From positions 87,430 through 151,429 of the forward strand of contig JBBIII010000003.1 of NCBI GenBank assembly GCA_037446575.1: DNA of 64,000 nucleotides, read 5' to 3'. The DNA is from Ignavibacteriales bacterium. GTDB taxonomy: Bacteria; Bacteroidota; Ignavibacteria; UBA10030. The notes below the pieces were generated by a model. It had not been told where the DNA came from and did not search any database. It was given only the letters and a program-made list of their open reading frames with translations. The position numbers and the translations under genes were made by a program. This document shows positions 20,254-30,684 of this stretch, piece after piece (within the stretch, counting starts at the first letter, position 1; each line of letters begins with the position of its first letter).

Positions 20254-21783
20254 TTACTTGGGAATCTCTATTGGTACAAAACGCATCTTCTTATCTTCCC
20301 CTTTTATTCTTAACATAACTGCGTCTCCCGGTTTTAATTTTTTTATAGATTTTTCAAATTGATCAGCCGATGTTATTTTTTGTTCACCAACATCTGTTAT
20401 AATGTCGCCCTTTCTAACACCGCGTTCTGCGGCTGGACTTAATACTTCGACTTCGTGCACCAAAACACCTCTTTCGACTTCATATTTCTTTTTTATCTTA
20501 CTGTCTATTGCTTTAACAGTCAGACCAATTTCATTTATAGTTATTGACTTATCTGTAACTTCTTCTGACTCCACGCTTTTTCCCTTATCTAAATTATCAG
20601 CTATTGTTTCGCTATCATCATCACGTGAACCAAGCTTTACCTTCTTTTCAATTTCTTTTTTATTACGCCATATTTTTATCGTTACAATTTCGCCGGGATG
20701 TCTTGTCGCTACGGTTGTTTGTAAAGCTTGCGGCGTATTAACTTCCTTACCGTCCACCGATAATATAATATCGCCATATTCTATTCCTGCTTTTTCGGCG
20801 GCTGCATCTTTTGTAACTGATTCGACCCATACACCTTTCGCATTATCAAGTCCTGCCGCTTTAGCAGTTATAGCATCGACAGCTTTTATTTGAATACCAA
20901 GGAATCCTCTTCGGAATTTTCCGTATCTGATAATATCCGTAGCAACTTGTTTAGCTAAATTAATTGGGATAGCAAAACTATATCCCTGATAACGAGCATT
21001 AGTTGTAGCGATTGCAGTATTAATTCCTATTACCCTCCCATTTATATCTACAAGCGGTCCACCGCTATTGCCTGGGTTAACTGCCGCATCAGTTTGAATA
21101 AAGTTCTCTATTCTATATTCATCTGCAATTATACCGATGTCTCTCCCGAGAGCGCTCACAATTCCTTGTGTCATAGTCGATTTAAGTCCAAGCGGCGCCC
21201 CTATTGCAAAAACTATGTGACCAACATCCACATCATCAGAATTGCCGATTGCAGCTGCGGGTAATTTTGACGCTTCAATTTTTATAACCGCAAGGTCTGT
21301 ATGTTTATCAGTACCGATAAGTTTTGCTTTAAACTCTCGCGTATCTGATAATTGAACTTTTATTCCATCCTTCTTTGCATTTGCAATAACATGACTGTTA
21401 GTAATAATATATCCGTCATTGGTTATAATCACGCCTGAACCAGCGCCAATTTCTGGACCTCTCCTCGGCATATCGAATTTAAAATCAGGACCAAAAAATC
21501 TTCTGAAAAATTGGCCCGGATCGTTTTCGCTCTCCTTTTCCCCGCTCATCTCCACTCTTACAAATACTACCGCTGGAGTTACTGCTTTTCCTATGCTGTT
21601 GAACGCTTCATTTAGCTCCTGCAAAGTCGAATTAGCTTTTATAGGAGACTGTTGCGCTCCGATTTTTATATCATCCCCGGCAAGCGAATATTCTACGCCC
21701 TTAAAGCTTGATACAATTACAACCCCAAATATAATTCCCAAACTAATTAAGAATACTGCCATGAAAATTGACTTTGTTGACAT
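20254..21783 (-). CDS. htrA: periplasmic serine endoprotease DegP/HtrA (Do family)
   Basis: Signal anchor. Trypsin-like catalytic triad context (TNSHV...GNSGGPLV) and two PDZ domains. Confidence 0.85.
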   Translation of the reverse strand: MSTKSIFMAVFLISLGIIFGVVIVSSFKGVEYSLAGDDIKIGAQQSPIKANSTLQELNEAFNSIGKAVTPAVVFVRVEMSGEKESENDPGQFFRRFFGPDFKFDMPRRGPEIGAGSGVIITNDGYIITNSHVIANAKKDGIKVQLSDTREFKAKLIGTDKHTDLAVIKIEASKLPAAAIGNSDDVDVGHIVFAIGAPLGLKSTMTQGIVSALGRDIGIIADEYRIENFIQTDAAVNPGNSGGPLVDINGRVIGINTAIATTNARYQGYSFAIPINLAKQVATDIIRYGKFRRGFLGIQIKAVDAITAKAAGLDNAKGVWVESVTKDAAAEKAGIEYGDIILSVDGKEVNTPQALQTTVATRHPGEIVTIKIWRNKKEIEKKVKLGSRDDDSETIADNLDKGKSVESEEVTDKSITINEIGLTVKAIDSKIKKKYEVERGVLVHEVEVLSPAAERGVRKGDIITDVGEQKITSADQFEKSIKKLKPGDAVMLRIKGEDKKMRFVPIEIPK

Positions 21784-21801
21784 ACTTTTTCCCTCATATA
21801 A

Positions 21802-22581
21802 TTATTTTATAAATGATAAATACTTTTTTGCTTTTATTCTTTTTATACCTTCAAAATGATATTCAAGATATAAACGTATTAGATTATCTGTTTCGTTCCC
21901 GCTTCCTACAATGTCATTATTCTCATCTATATGATTGAATTCAAAAACAAGCAATTTCCTTAACGACTCAAGTACATAGGATGATATTATTAGATTATTT
22001 TTTCCTGTATATTTTCGTGATTTTACTATACAATCGTTACAACAAACTGTGCCTTTATCTAACTGAAATCCATATTTTTCTTCAATCTTGTTTAATAATA
22101 AATCCTTTTTGCATATTCCACATTCGTTAAGTGTCGGAGAATAACCAAATATTTTTGCTAATTGAAGTTTAAATGCCAATGAGAAAATATTTTCCTGTTC
22201 ACCACAATTTAATGCATTTAAGACATTCAACAACAAATTAAACATGGAGTCATTTTTTTCTTCCTCATGCACAACCTTATCTACTAATTCAATTACTTCT
22301 AAACCAGCAGAAATTTTATCTAAACTATTGCTTAAGTTTTTGAATGTTTTTATTGCATCACATTGAGAAATCAGATGTAACTCTCTATTTTCTTTTTTGT
22401 ATAGCGCTAACAAAGAATAAGACATCGGTTCAAGCGATGCCCCAAATTTGTTTTTAGATGTTCTAGCTCCTTTTGCAATTCCTTTAATTTTCCCAAATTC
22501 TTTAGTATAAAAAGTAACAATTTTGCTTGTATCCCCATATTTCATATTTTTTAATACAATCGCTTCTGTTTTTGTCAGCAT
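21802..22581 (-). CDS. recO: DNA repair protein RecO
   Basis: N-terminal OB fold (TEAIVLKNMKYGDTSKIVTFYTKEFGKIKGIAKGAR) and a C-terminal Cys4 zinc motif. Confidence 0.8.
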   Translation of the reverse strand: MLTKTEAIVLKNMKYGDTSKIVTFYTKEFGKIKGIAKGARTSKNKFGASLEPMSYSLLALYKKENRELHLISQCDAIKTFKNLSNSLDKISAGLEVIELVDKVVHEEEKNDSMFNLLLNVLNALNCGEQENIFSLAFKLQLAKIFGYSPTLNECGICKKDLLLNKIEEKYGFQLDKGTVCCNDCIVKSRKYTGKNNLIISSYVLESLRKLLVFEFNHIDENNDIVGSGNETDNLIRLYLEYHFEGIKRIKAKKYLSFIK

Positions 22582-22582
22582 T

Positions 22583-23623
22583 CTATTTATTTTCTACTTT
22601 GTCAGAGTCTAATAAAATATTACAAAATGGGGGGTGAATAATTCCTTTGTCAGTTATAATGGCTGAAATCAATTCATAAGGAGTAAAATCAAATGCTGGT
22701 GAATAAACGCCTATTTCTTTTACGGTAATGTTCAAACCATTTATTTCCTTTAATTCATTCGCATTGCGCTCTTCTATTGGAATTTCGTTCCCGTTATTAA
22801 TTTTCGAATCGATGGTGGATACAGGCGCTGCAACATAAAATGGTATATTATGATATTGTGCCAAGATTGCCAAATTATATGTTCCTATTTTATTCGCTGT
22901 ATCTCCATTCAATGCAATTCTATCGGCTCCGACTATAATTACATCTATTTTCTTTTGCTTCATTAGTACAGCGGCGGTATTATCTGCAATTAATGTAGCG
23001 GGGATTCGATTTTTATTCATCTCCCAAGCTGTAAGCCGAGCGCCTTGTAATAATGGTCTTGTTTCGTCTATATAGACGTGTTTAAGTTTTTTCCGTTCCC
23101 ATGCCTTTGTGATAATTCCTATAGCCGTGCCTCTACCTCCGGTAGCAAGTATGCCACTGTTGCAATGCGTTAATATACAACAATTCTCAGGTAAAAGATT
23201 AACGCCGGCCAAACTTATTTTTTCGCACATTTCAGCGTCTTCGTTATGTATTTTTATAGCTTCGTTTAACAATAAGCTCCGCAATTCTGTTATTGATGAA
23301 TTCCATCCGTTCAATATTTTTTGTTGACGCTCTAATGCCCAAAATAGATTAACCGCTGTAGGCCTTGTAGAAGCAAATAAATTTATTGCTTCATTAATTT
23401 TATTACGTACTTTATAGTTATTTTTTTCATCGATGGAAAAACTTGCTACTGCTACTCCATATGCAGCAGCAATACCAATTAATGGCGCACCTCTAATTGC
23501 CAATCTTCTTATTGCATCGGCTATTATATCAACATTATTAGTTTCGTGAAAGAATTCTTCATTAGGAAGTTTTGTTTGATCAAGAAAGCGGAGATTGCCG
23601 TTAACCCATTCTAACGGCTTCAT
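22583..23623 (-). CDS. mtnA: S-methyl-5-thioribose-1-phosphate isomerase (eIF-2B alpha/beta/delta family)
   Basis: MKPLEWVNGNLRFLDQTKLP...IRGAPLIGIAAAYG is the MtnA signature. Start placed at MKPLEW. Confidence 0.8.
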   Translation of the reverse strand: MKPLEWVNGNLRFLDQTKLPNEEFFHETNNVDIIADAIRRLAIRGAPLIGIAAAYGVAVASFSIDEKNNYKVRNKINEAINLFASTRPTAVNLFWALERQQKILNGWNSSITELRSLLLNEAIKIHNEDAEMCEKISLAGVNLLPENCCILTHCNSGILATGGRGTAIGIITKAWERKKLKHVYIDETRPLLQGARLTAWEMNKNRIPATLIADNTAAVLMKQKKIDVIIVGADRIALNGDTANKIGTYNLAILAQYHNIPFYVAAPVSTIDSKINNGNEIPIEERNANELKEINGLNITVKEIGVYSPAFDFTPYELISAIITDKGIIHPPFCNILLDSDKVENK

Positions 23624-23624
23624 T

Positions 23625-24539
23625 TTATTCCTCCTCAAAACGTGATAAATTCATAAATGCATGGAATCTATCTTGAATTTTTAAATAACTTAATTTGCGC
23701 AAACTATCTATGCTGAATTTTTCAACGCAAAATGATGCAAGAGCGCTTCCATAGACCACAGCTCTCTTAAGATTTTCAAATGATAATTCGTCAGTTCTTG
23801 CAATCCAACCAATAAAACCACCCGCAAACGAATCTCCAGCTCCAGTAGGGTCAAAGATAGTTTCCAATGGAAAAGCCGGCGCAGAAAATATTGCATCATC
23901 TGTTACCAACATCGCTCCATGTTCCCCTTTTTTTATTATTAATATTTTGGGTCCCATTTTAATAATTTTTTTTGCCGCCTTTATTAAATTCGGTTCATGA
24001 GTCAATAACCGCGCTTCGGAATCATTCACGATTAGTACATCCATATACTTCATTGTCTCTAAAAGTTCTTTCGGTTTTGTTTCGATCCAATAATTCATCG
24101 TATCGCCTACAACAAGTCGCGGCTTTTTTATTTGTTTCAAAACCTGCAACTGCAGAATCGGATCAATATTGCCCAGACAAACATATGCAGAATTTTTAAA
24201 TGTATTTGGTATAACCGGATTAAAATTTTTGAATACGTTCAAATCTGTAAATAATGTATCCCTTACATTAAGGTCATAATGATACTTACCACCCCAGCGA
24301 AAAGTTTTTCCATTCTCAATTATTTGCAGACCGTCTAAATCAATCTGCCTCGATTCCATAAATTTTATATGCTCTTTTGGAAAATCTCCACCTACTACTG
24401 CCACTAAACGTATTGGGTTTGTAAAATAACTTGCAGCTGCCGATATGTAGACTGCTGAACCGCCGAGCGCATCTTGCACTTTTCCAAATGGAGTCTCTAC
24501 TGTGTCTAATGCAACTGAACCAACTACTAATAAACTCAT
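23625..24539 (-). CDS. PfkB-family carbohydrate/nucleoside kinase
   Basis: Ribokinase-like fold. Anion-hole motif DPTGAGDSFAGGF. Confidence 0.75.
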   Translation of the reverse strand: MSLLVVGSVALDTVETPFGKVQDALGGSAVYISAAASYFTNPIRLVAVVGGDFPKEHIKFMESRQIDLDGLQIIENGKTFRWGGKYHYDLNVRDTLFTDLNVFKNFNPVIPNTFKNSAYVCLGNIDPILQLQVLKQIKKPRLVVGDTMNYWIETKPKELLETMKYMDVLIVNDSEARLLTHEPNLIKAAKKIIKMGPKILIIKKGEHGAMLVTDDAIFSAPAFPLETIFDPTGAGDSFAGGFIGWIARTDELSFENLKRAVVYGSALASFCVEKFSIDSLRKLSYLKIQDRFHAFMNLSRFEEE

Positions 24540-24540
24540 T

Positions 24541-25023
24541 TTATCTCATATCTCCTTTCAAGATTATTTCTGTTAATCTTGATGTTTGTTCTTCATTTTT
24601 CACAAAATCATTTACAATATCTAAAATTTGTTTATGCCCGGGCCAAACCAGTCTTTCCCTTGCGTTCGTGTAATTTAACCACTCATACTTTTGATGCTCA
24701 TTTGATAAAATTATTTTTGTATCTGCGCTAGCTTCAGCCGCAAAAACAACAGCTAATTGAACGGCATCTTTTTTAAAATCGAAAAAAGAATCTATATAAG
24801 GAACGCACCATAATTTGTTTATTGATAAACTAGTCTCCTCTTTAAGTTCTCTAATTGCCGCTTCTTTTGCAGTCTCGCTTCTCTCTATAGTTCCCGTAAT
24901 AATTTGCCATAGATTGGGATATAAATTATCATTCGGAGAGCGTTGTAAAAGAAGATAATTTATTTCGTTTTTGAATTTCTTAAAAATACAAGTTTCAACT
25001 ATTTGGCATGAAATACTTGCCAA
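24541..25023 (-). CDS. NUDIX hydrolase
   Basis: Nudix box GTIERSETAKEAAIRELKEETSL. Confidence 0.7.
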   Translation of the reverse strand: MASISCQIVETCIFKKFKNEINYLLLQRSPNDNLYPNLWQIITGTIERSETAKEAAIRELKEETSLSINKLWCVPYIDSFFDFKKDAVQLAVVFAAEASADTKIILSNEHQKYEWLNYTNARERLVWPGHKQILDIVNDFVKNEEQTSRLTEIILKGDMR

Positions 25024-25073
25024 TTATTTCTTTCCTCGATTTTATATTATCGATTATTAGAATGCAATTATGC

Positions 25074-25856
25074 TTATTTATTTTTAAAGTAAGAAAGTAT
25101 AACTCCGCAAGCAATTCCAACATTTAATGATTCCCCTCTCCCGAAGCGGGGTATGCTAACAACTTCATCCACTAATTGAAACACATCTTTATCTATTCCA
25201 TGCGCTTCACTGCCAAGTATAATTACCTGCTTAGTTTGTGGAGTAAATGAATAAAGCGATTTTCCATTCAATGTCGTTCCTATAATTTTAAACCCGTTTA
25301 TTTTTAGTTGCGGCAATACAATTTCATACTCTATATTTTCATATATTTTTAGGTGGAATATTGAACCCGCTGTTGCCCGTATTACTTTTTCGTTGTAAAG
25401 CGACACACAACCATTATTCAAGAAAACCGCATCAACTCCGAACCAATCGCATGTTCTGATAATTGTTCCCAAATTACCTGGATCATTTATTCCATCACAA
25501 GCAACAATAAGTTTTGCGTCAATTAATTTATTCGATTCAAATATTTCATTTTTCTGATGTACGAGCGCAACAACACCTTGTGAATTTATCGTATCAGTGA
25601 TTAGATTTAGTTGATTATTTTTAATTTCTCTAATTGAAATATTCTTTTTTTTTGCCCTGTTAATCACCCTCTCATTTTCTGGATTATTAATTGCAAATTG
25701 AGATATTCCGATAAAATCAATTTTATAATCGGAATTTAGTGCATCATAAAGTGAATGCCAACCTTCAAGCAAAAATTTTTTCTCTGAATCGCGTATCTTT
25801 TTCTGCTTTAATGATCGAATGTATTTTATATCTGAATTAGTTAAATTCACACTCAA
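25074..25856 (-). CDS. TrmH/SpoU-family RNA 2'-O-methyltransferase
   Basis: SPOUT knot motifs (DGINDPGNLGTIIRT...ESLNVGIACGVIL). Confidence 0.8.
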   Translation of the reverse strand: MSVNLTNSDIKYIRSLKQKKIRDSEKKFLLEGWHSLYDALNSDYKIDFIGISQFAINNPENERVINRAKKKNISIREIKNNQLNLITDTINSQGVVALVHQKNEIFESNKLIDAKLIVACDGINDPGNLGTIIRTCDWFGVDAVFLNNGCVSLYNEKVIRATAGSIFHLKIYENIEYEIVLPQLKINGFKIIGTTLNGKSLYSFTPQTKQVIILGSEAHGIDKDVFQLVDEVVSIPRFGRGESLNVGIACGVILSYFKNK

Positions 25857-25919
25857 TTATAGAAAAAAAAATTAGGATATACAAAAACCATATTTTTATA
25901 TTTGATGTTATTCCCATTT

Positions 25920-28310
25920 TTACCTCCAATTGATATTCTGCAAATTGCTTCCATAACTCTCATAAATCACCGCGCCTGATTTATCGGTTCTATGAATAAC
26001 AATTGAATTATTAAGCAACCTATCTAATACAGTTTTTGATGGATGATTAAATTTATTCCGCGTTCCTACTGATATTAGCGCAATTTTTGGCTTAACATAT
26101 CTAATAAACTCTTCACTTGTACTAGTCATACTTCCATGATGTCCAACTTTTAATATATTGCTGGATAGAAAATTTCCATATTTGGATATAAGTATATTTT
26201 CTACTTCAGTTTCTGCGTCGCCAGTGAATAATATTGAAGATTCACCATACAATACTTTTAATACAATTGTGTTATTATTTTGGTTTCTATCTGCTTTGAA
26301 GTAAGCGCTTGGATGCAAGACATATACACGCGAATTAGGATCAACATAAATTTGACTTTTCGATTCCACATGCTTAACTCCGATTTTGTATTTAATTGCT
26401 TCTTGCAATAAAGTTGTAAGTTGATGATTATTTATTTTATTCATTGCCACAATCAAAGTATCTACTTTAATTTTATTTATTATAGAACTTGCTCCGCCAA
26501 TATGATCGTTATGGGGGTGAGTTATTAGTAGATAATCTAATTTATCAACTCCTTTATTTTTTAGTAATGGTATAATTGTTCTTATACCAGCATCATATAT
26601 TTTTGATTTCGCTCCTGCATCTATCAATATCCTTTTTCCGTTAGAAAATTCTGTAAGAATTGCATCGCCCTGCCCCACATCAATCATTGTTAGAGAAAAA
26701 TTAGGACGATTCGGATATATTATCGATGAGTAGACAAAGAAATTTCCAATTAATAAGCATATAAATAAAATAATTTTACGCGTTCTATGTTTATTAATAT
26801 TGATAATCAAACCAATTATTAAAAAATAGCAGATACAAGAGATGAAGTTGAAATTACTGAATTCTAAGTAAGCATATGGAACGTTTGCGGCTTGTTTGAC
26901 AAAACCAAGAAGAAGCCACACAAGAAAATCGTTCACTGCCGCATATAAACTTGCAATCCAATCATTTATAAAAGAAAAAATAATTTCAGTAAAACCTAAA
27001 AAGGTATTAAAACCTGCAATTGGCACAGCTAAGATATTTGCAACAAGCGAAATAATTGATATACGGCCAAAATAATAGGCAGTAAAGGGAATTGTTCCTA
27101 AAAGAGCGGCAAGAGAAACAGCCATGAGCTTTAACACAAAATCTATTGCCTTAATTTCTTCGAACATAGTCGGAATTTTATTGATAAGTGCCTCAAACCG
27201 CGGATACAAAAATACAATAGCTATTACAGCCGAAAAAGAAAGTTGAAATCCAATATCAAACAAAAAGTTTGTATCCCAAATCAATAATATTAGAGCTGCT
27301 ACGCTTATTGAATTGTAAATATCAGGTTTTCGTTCATACAAGGTCGCGCACAAAATAACAATTGCCATAATTGTCGCGCGTACAACTGAAGGGCTTGACC
27401 CTGTTACTAGCATGTAGAATATTAACCCAATAATTGTTGCCAACGCTATATATTTTCGAGGCAGACGAAAAAATCCAAAAACCGTATAAAACATAAAAGC
27501 TACAAACGCCACGTTGGAACCCGATACTGCTAAAATATGGATTGTTCCAGTATCTATAAAGGATTGTTTAATATCTACAGGAATTTCGGCTCGATAGCCA
27601 AATATTATTCCTTTTAAAAAACTTGCATGACGTTGTGTATGAAACTTATCTATTATTGCATATAATTTTTGTTGAATAGAATATGTCCAATGTCGAAAAT
27701 TATTTTTATGCATCGATTCAACAGCAATGATTTTATCGAAGCTCTTGATATTAACAATGCCTTGTATATTATTCAATTCGAGGTATTTTCCAAAATCATA
27801 CTCGCCGGGATTTCTCTTAAATGGATAGGCCTCAAGTATTCCTTCCAAAAATATTCGTTTTCCAAATTCAACATTTGCACAATTATGAGCGTCGCTTATG
27901 TTACGCAGTGTTATTAAAATTCGTTGACCTCTGCGGTCAATTTTAAATTCTCTTTTTATACTATCGGTTTTTACTACAAAAGAAAATCTTCTCTCTTGCT
28001 TTATTGGTTCTGAATCAACAATTCCATAAATGAGAATATTTTCATTTTGCACGCTCGGTTCAAGTTTAGAGGATTCATAATCGAGTTGGTTAATTGAGTG
28101 GAGTAATAATCCTAGTAATAAAACTAATAGATGTAAAAATATTGAAAAGATAATATGCCATTTATAAATAAGTGTGAGTATAATGATTGGAACAACAAAT
28201 ATTAGAATAGAAAAATAAATCCACAAAGGATTTATAAATAGCCAATATGCACAAATAATTCCGACAATATAAAGGACAAGAAAACGCAGTGCAGGTCGGC
28301 GTGTTAACAT
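25920..28310 (-). CDS. comEC: DNA internalization competence protein ComEC/Rec2
   Basis: 796 aa polytopic membrane protein with a C-terminal MBL domain (LLITHPHNDHIGG). Confidence 0.85.
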   Translation of the reverse strand: MLTRRPALRFLVLYIVGIICAYWLFINPLWIYFSILIFVVPIIILTLIYKWHIIFSIFLHLLVLLLGLLLHSINQLDYESSKLEPSVQNENILIYGIVDSEPIKQERRFSFVVKTDSIKREFKIDRRGQRILITLRNISDAHNCANVEFGKRIFLEGILEAYPFKRNPGEYDFGKYLELNNIQGIVNIKSFDKIIAVESMHKNNFRHWTYSIQQKLYAIIDKFHTQRHASFLKGIIFGYRAEIPVDIKQSFIDTGTIHILAVSGSNVAFVAFMFYTVFGFFRLPRKYIALATIIGLIFYMLVTGSSPSVVRATIMAIVILCATLYERKPDIYNSISVAALILLIWDTNFLFDIGFQLSFSAVIAIVFLYPRFEALINKIPTMFEEIKAIDFVLKLMAVSLAALLGTIPFTAYYFGRISIISLVANILAVPIAGFNTFLGFTEIIFSFINDWIASLYAAVNDFLVWLLLGFVKQAANVPYAYLEFSNFNFISCICYFLIIGLIININKHRTRKIILFICLLIGNFFVYSSIIYPNRPNFSLTMIDVGQGDAILTEFSNGKRILIDAGAKSKIYDAGIRTIIPLLKNKGVDKLDYLLITHPHNDHIGGASSIINKIKVDTLIVAMNKINNHQLTTLLQEAIKYKIGVKHVESKSQIYVDPNSRVYVLHPSAYFKADRNQNNNTIVLKVLYGESSILFTGDAETEVENILISKYGNFLSSNILKVGHHGSMTSTSEEFIRYVKPKIALISVGTRNKFNHPSKTVLDRLLNNSIVIHRTDKSGAVIYESYGSNLQNINWR

Positions 28311-28324
28311 ATCAATTTATCAAC

Positions 28325-29263
28325 TCATAAATTCTTGAATAACCTTATAATAGCCGGGGTAACATGTGTCAGATTCTTTATTCTTTTTACAATTTTATGG
28401 CGCTGATTACCCGCTAATATACAAAATACTCTATTGCGAGTGTGTGTTTTTGTAGAAAGATCCTCAATGTTACCATGATCACTTAATATAATAAGAAGCA
28501 TATTGGCAGGATCAAAGAGTTCAAGAAATCCAAAAAGAAACTCATCAAATCTTTCCAACACTTCTATTGCAAAAGTCATTCTCTGACTATGCCCAGCATG
28601 ATCTGTTAACCAATATTCAAATAAAGTAAAATCATACTTTTTTCCGATATTCGCTAAATGTCGCCCAGCTTCTTTTGGACTAATTGGTTTAATTTCAGGA
28701 TGTCCAAGTTCTACCCATTGACTTCGGATAAAATCTGGCGAAATTGCCTCATTCTTTTTTAGCTCATCAACTGTCATCAACGGAATATCAGCAAGTTTGT
28801 GAGAAAGCGTAGTTACAGTAAGTCTTTTAGTCCCTGAGTTTGTATAATCAAAGAATTTTTGTGGAAAAGCATTTGCAAATATTGTTGATTTACCGATTTT
28901 TTTTAGTTGAACGAAAATATTCTTTTCTGCAATGATTGGCTTTAATATAGTCGGAGGATGAGGTCCAAAATGTCTTCCAAATTTTTTTGCGCCGTTCACA
29001 CCGGTAAAAATTGCTGTTTGCCCGGTTCCGCTTTGCGGCAAACCGGATACGCCCAATGTAGCATCTATTGAAATCACATCAACATTATTATTGGAATAAG
29101 ATTTAAAAGGAGTGTGAGGTAATATACCGCCGCAAAGATTTTTTAAAACAGACAGGTCAGCTTTAAAAAATGGATTTATTCTCGCATCATTTTTACCGAT
29201 ACCAACTCCATCAAGAAATAGGAGTATAACATGTAGTTCTTTCGAGTTATTTTCGATAATCAA
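28325..29263 (-). CDS. metalloenzyme-superfamily protein (cofactor-independent phosphoglycerate mutase / phosphopentomutase-like, short form)
   Basis: LFLDGVGIG near the N-terminus and ILSDHGN near the C-terminus resemble the iPGM/ApgM metal-binding motifs. At 312 aa it is shorter than typical family members. Confidence 0.45.
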   Translation of the reverse strand: MIIENNSKELHVILLFLDGVGIGKNDARINPFFKADLSVLKNLCGGILPHTPFKSYSNNNVDVISIDATLGVSGLPQSGTGQTAIFTGVNGAKKFGRHFGPHPPTILKPIIAEKNIFVQLKKIGKSTIFANAFPQKFFDYTNSGTKRLTVTTLSHKLADIPLMTVDELKKNEAISPDFIRSQWVELGHPEIKPISPKEAGRHLANIGKKYDFTLFEYWLTDHAGHSQRMTFAIEVLERFDEFLFGFLELFDPANMLLIILSDHGNIEDLSTKTHTRNRVFCILAGNQRHKIVKRIKNLTHVTPAIIRLFKNL

Positions 29264-29295
29264 TTTTTTATCGACTTATTATTTAGATGGAATAT

Positions 29296-29745
29296 TTAAT
29301 TTTTACTGTCAATTATAATTGTAACAGGCCCGTTATTTATAAGTTCAATATCCATCATTGCGCGAAAGACTCCCATTTTAACTTTATCATCTCCCACCAA
29401 CTTTTTTAATTGACTTACAAATTCTTCATATAAGGATTCAGCTAAATGAGGCATCGCCGCATCGGAATAGCTAGGTCTATTTCCTCTTCTTGTATCGCCA
29501 TATAAAGTAAATTGTGAAACGACTAAAATACTTCCGGTAATATCAATAACCGATAAATTCATTTTTCCATTTTCATCGTCAAAGATTCGTAGTGAAGCGC
29601 ATCGTTTCGCCAGATATTCGGCGTCATTTTCTAAATCGCCGCTTTTAACGCCAAGCAAGATAAGCATACCGTTTTCGATAGAATTAACAACTTCTCCATC
29701 TATTTTAACGGAACATCGGTTTACTCGTTGAATTAATGCGCGCAT
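29296..29745 (-). CDS. dtd: D-aminoacyl-tRNA deacylase
   Basis: MRALIQRVNRCSVKIDGEVV...SQFTLYGDTRRGNRPSY carries the Dtd signature. Confidence 0.85.
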   Translation of the reverse strand: MRALIQRVNRCSVKIDGEVVNSIENGMLILLGVKSGDLENDAEYLAKRCASLRIFDDENGKMNLSVIDITGSILVVSQFTLYGDTRRGNRPSYSDAAMPHLAESLYEEFVSQLKKLVGDDKVKMGVFRAMMDIELINNGPVTIIIDSKN

Positions 29746-29760
29746 TTTTTTAGAAAGAAT

Positions 29761-30678
29761 TTAATTAAGAGTGATAATATTATGGTTTGATAATTTATAG
29801 ATGCCAGATACAATACGAGAAATACCCTGCAAATCGCGTACTATTTTTAATTGTTGTATTCCACATCGCATAAACTCATCTACTACTTTATCAGCTTGTC
29901 CAAAACCCACTTCAACAATAATTGCTCCCTCTGGATTTAAAATATCAGCAACAACGCATGAAATATGACGATAAAAATTTAATCCGTCCTTTCCATCAGT
30001 TAGTGCAAACGACGGTTCATACTCTTTGATTTCACGATTAAGTTGTTCCCATTCAACTATTGATATATAAGGTGGATTGCTAAGAAGTAGATCGAATTTT
30101 GTATCGAATCTAAATTCATCCGATTTAAAAATATCGGCTTGTATAAACTCTATGCGCGATTCAACTTTATGTTTAACTGCATTTAATTTTGCAATTTCGA
30201 GCGCTTCCTTGCTAATGTCTACCGATATAATAGCGGCTTTTTTTACGTACTTTGCAACTGCTATTGCAACATTACCACTTCCAGTGCCTATATCAAGAAC
30301 ATTTATAGTACGATTATCTAAAATTTTCTGGCAATGCAATATAGCTTGTTCGACAAGTGTTTCAGTTTCTGGTCTCGGGATTAAGACTCGTGTGTCCACA
30401 TCAAATGACAGTCCCATAAAATTTGCGGAGCCAATAATATATTGGACTGGTTCATAATTCAGTCTTCGAGAATATAGCTTGCGGAAATTATCTACTTCAA
30501 TTGATTTAAGCGGTTTATCGAAATTTAGGTATAATTGTATTCTAGGAATTTTTAACGTATGCGCAAGTAAAAGCTCAACATTTAATCTCGCATCTTCAAA
30601 TCCATTTTTTTGAAGATGATCAATAGCCGATTTCATTAACTCACGAATTGTCCATACTCTAATTTTTTCTTCAGGCAT
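29761..30678 (-). CDS. prmC: release factor glutamine N5-methyltransferase PrmC (HemK)
   Basis: SAM-binding motif (VLDIGTGSG) and the NPPY catalytic motif (LLLSNPPYI). Confidence 0.85.
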   Translation of the reverse strand: MPEEKIRVWTIRELMKSAIDHLQKNGFEDARLNVELLLAHTLKIPRIQLYLNFDKPLKSIEVDNFRKLYSRRLNYEPVQYIIGSANFMGLSFDVDTRVLIPRPETETLVEQAILHCQKILDNRTINVLDIGTGSGNVAIAVAKYVKKAAIISVDISKEALEIAKLNAVKHKVESRIEFIQADIFKSDEFRFDTKFDLLLSNPPYISIVEWEQLNREIKEYEPSFALTDGKDGLNFYRHISCVVADILNPEGAIIVEVGFGQADKVVDEFMRCGIQQLKIVRDLQGISRIVSGIYKLSNHNIITLN

Positions 30679-30684
30679 GCCTCT

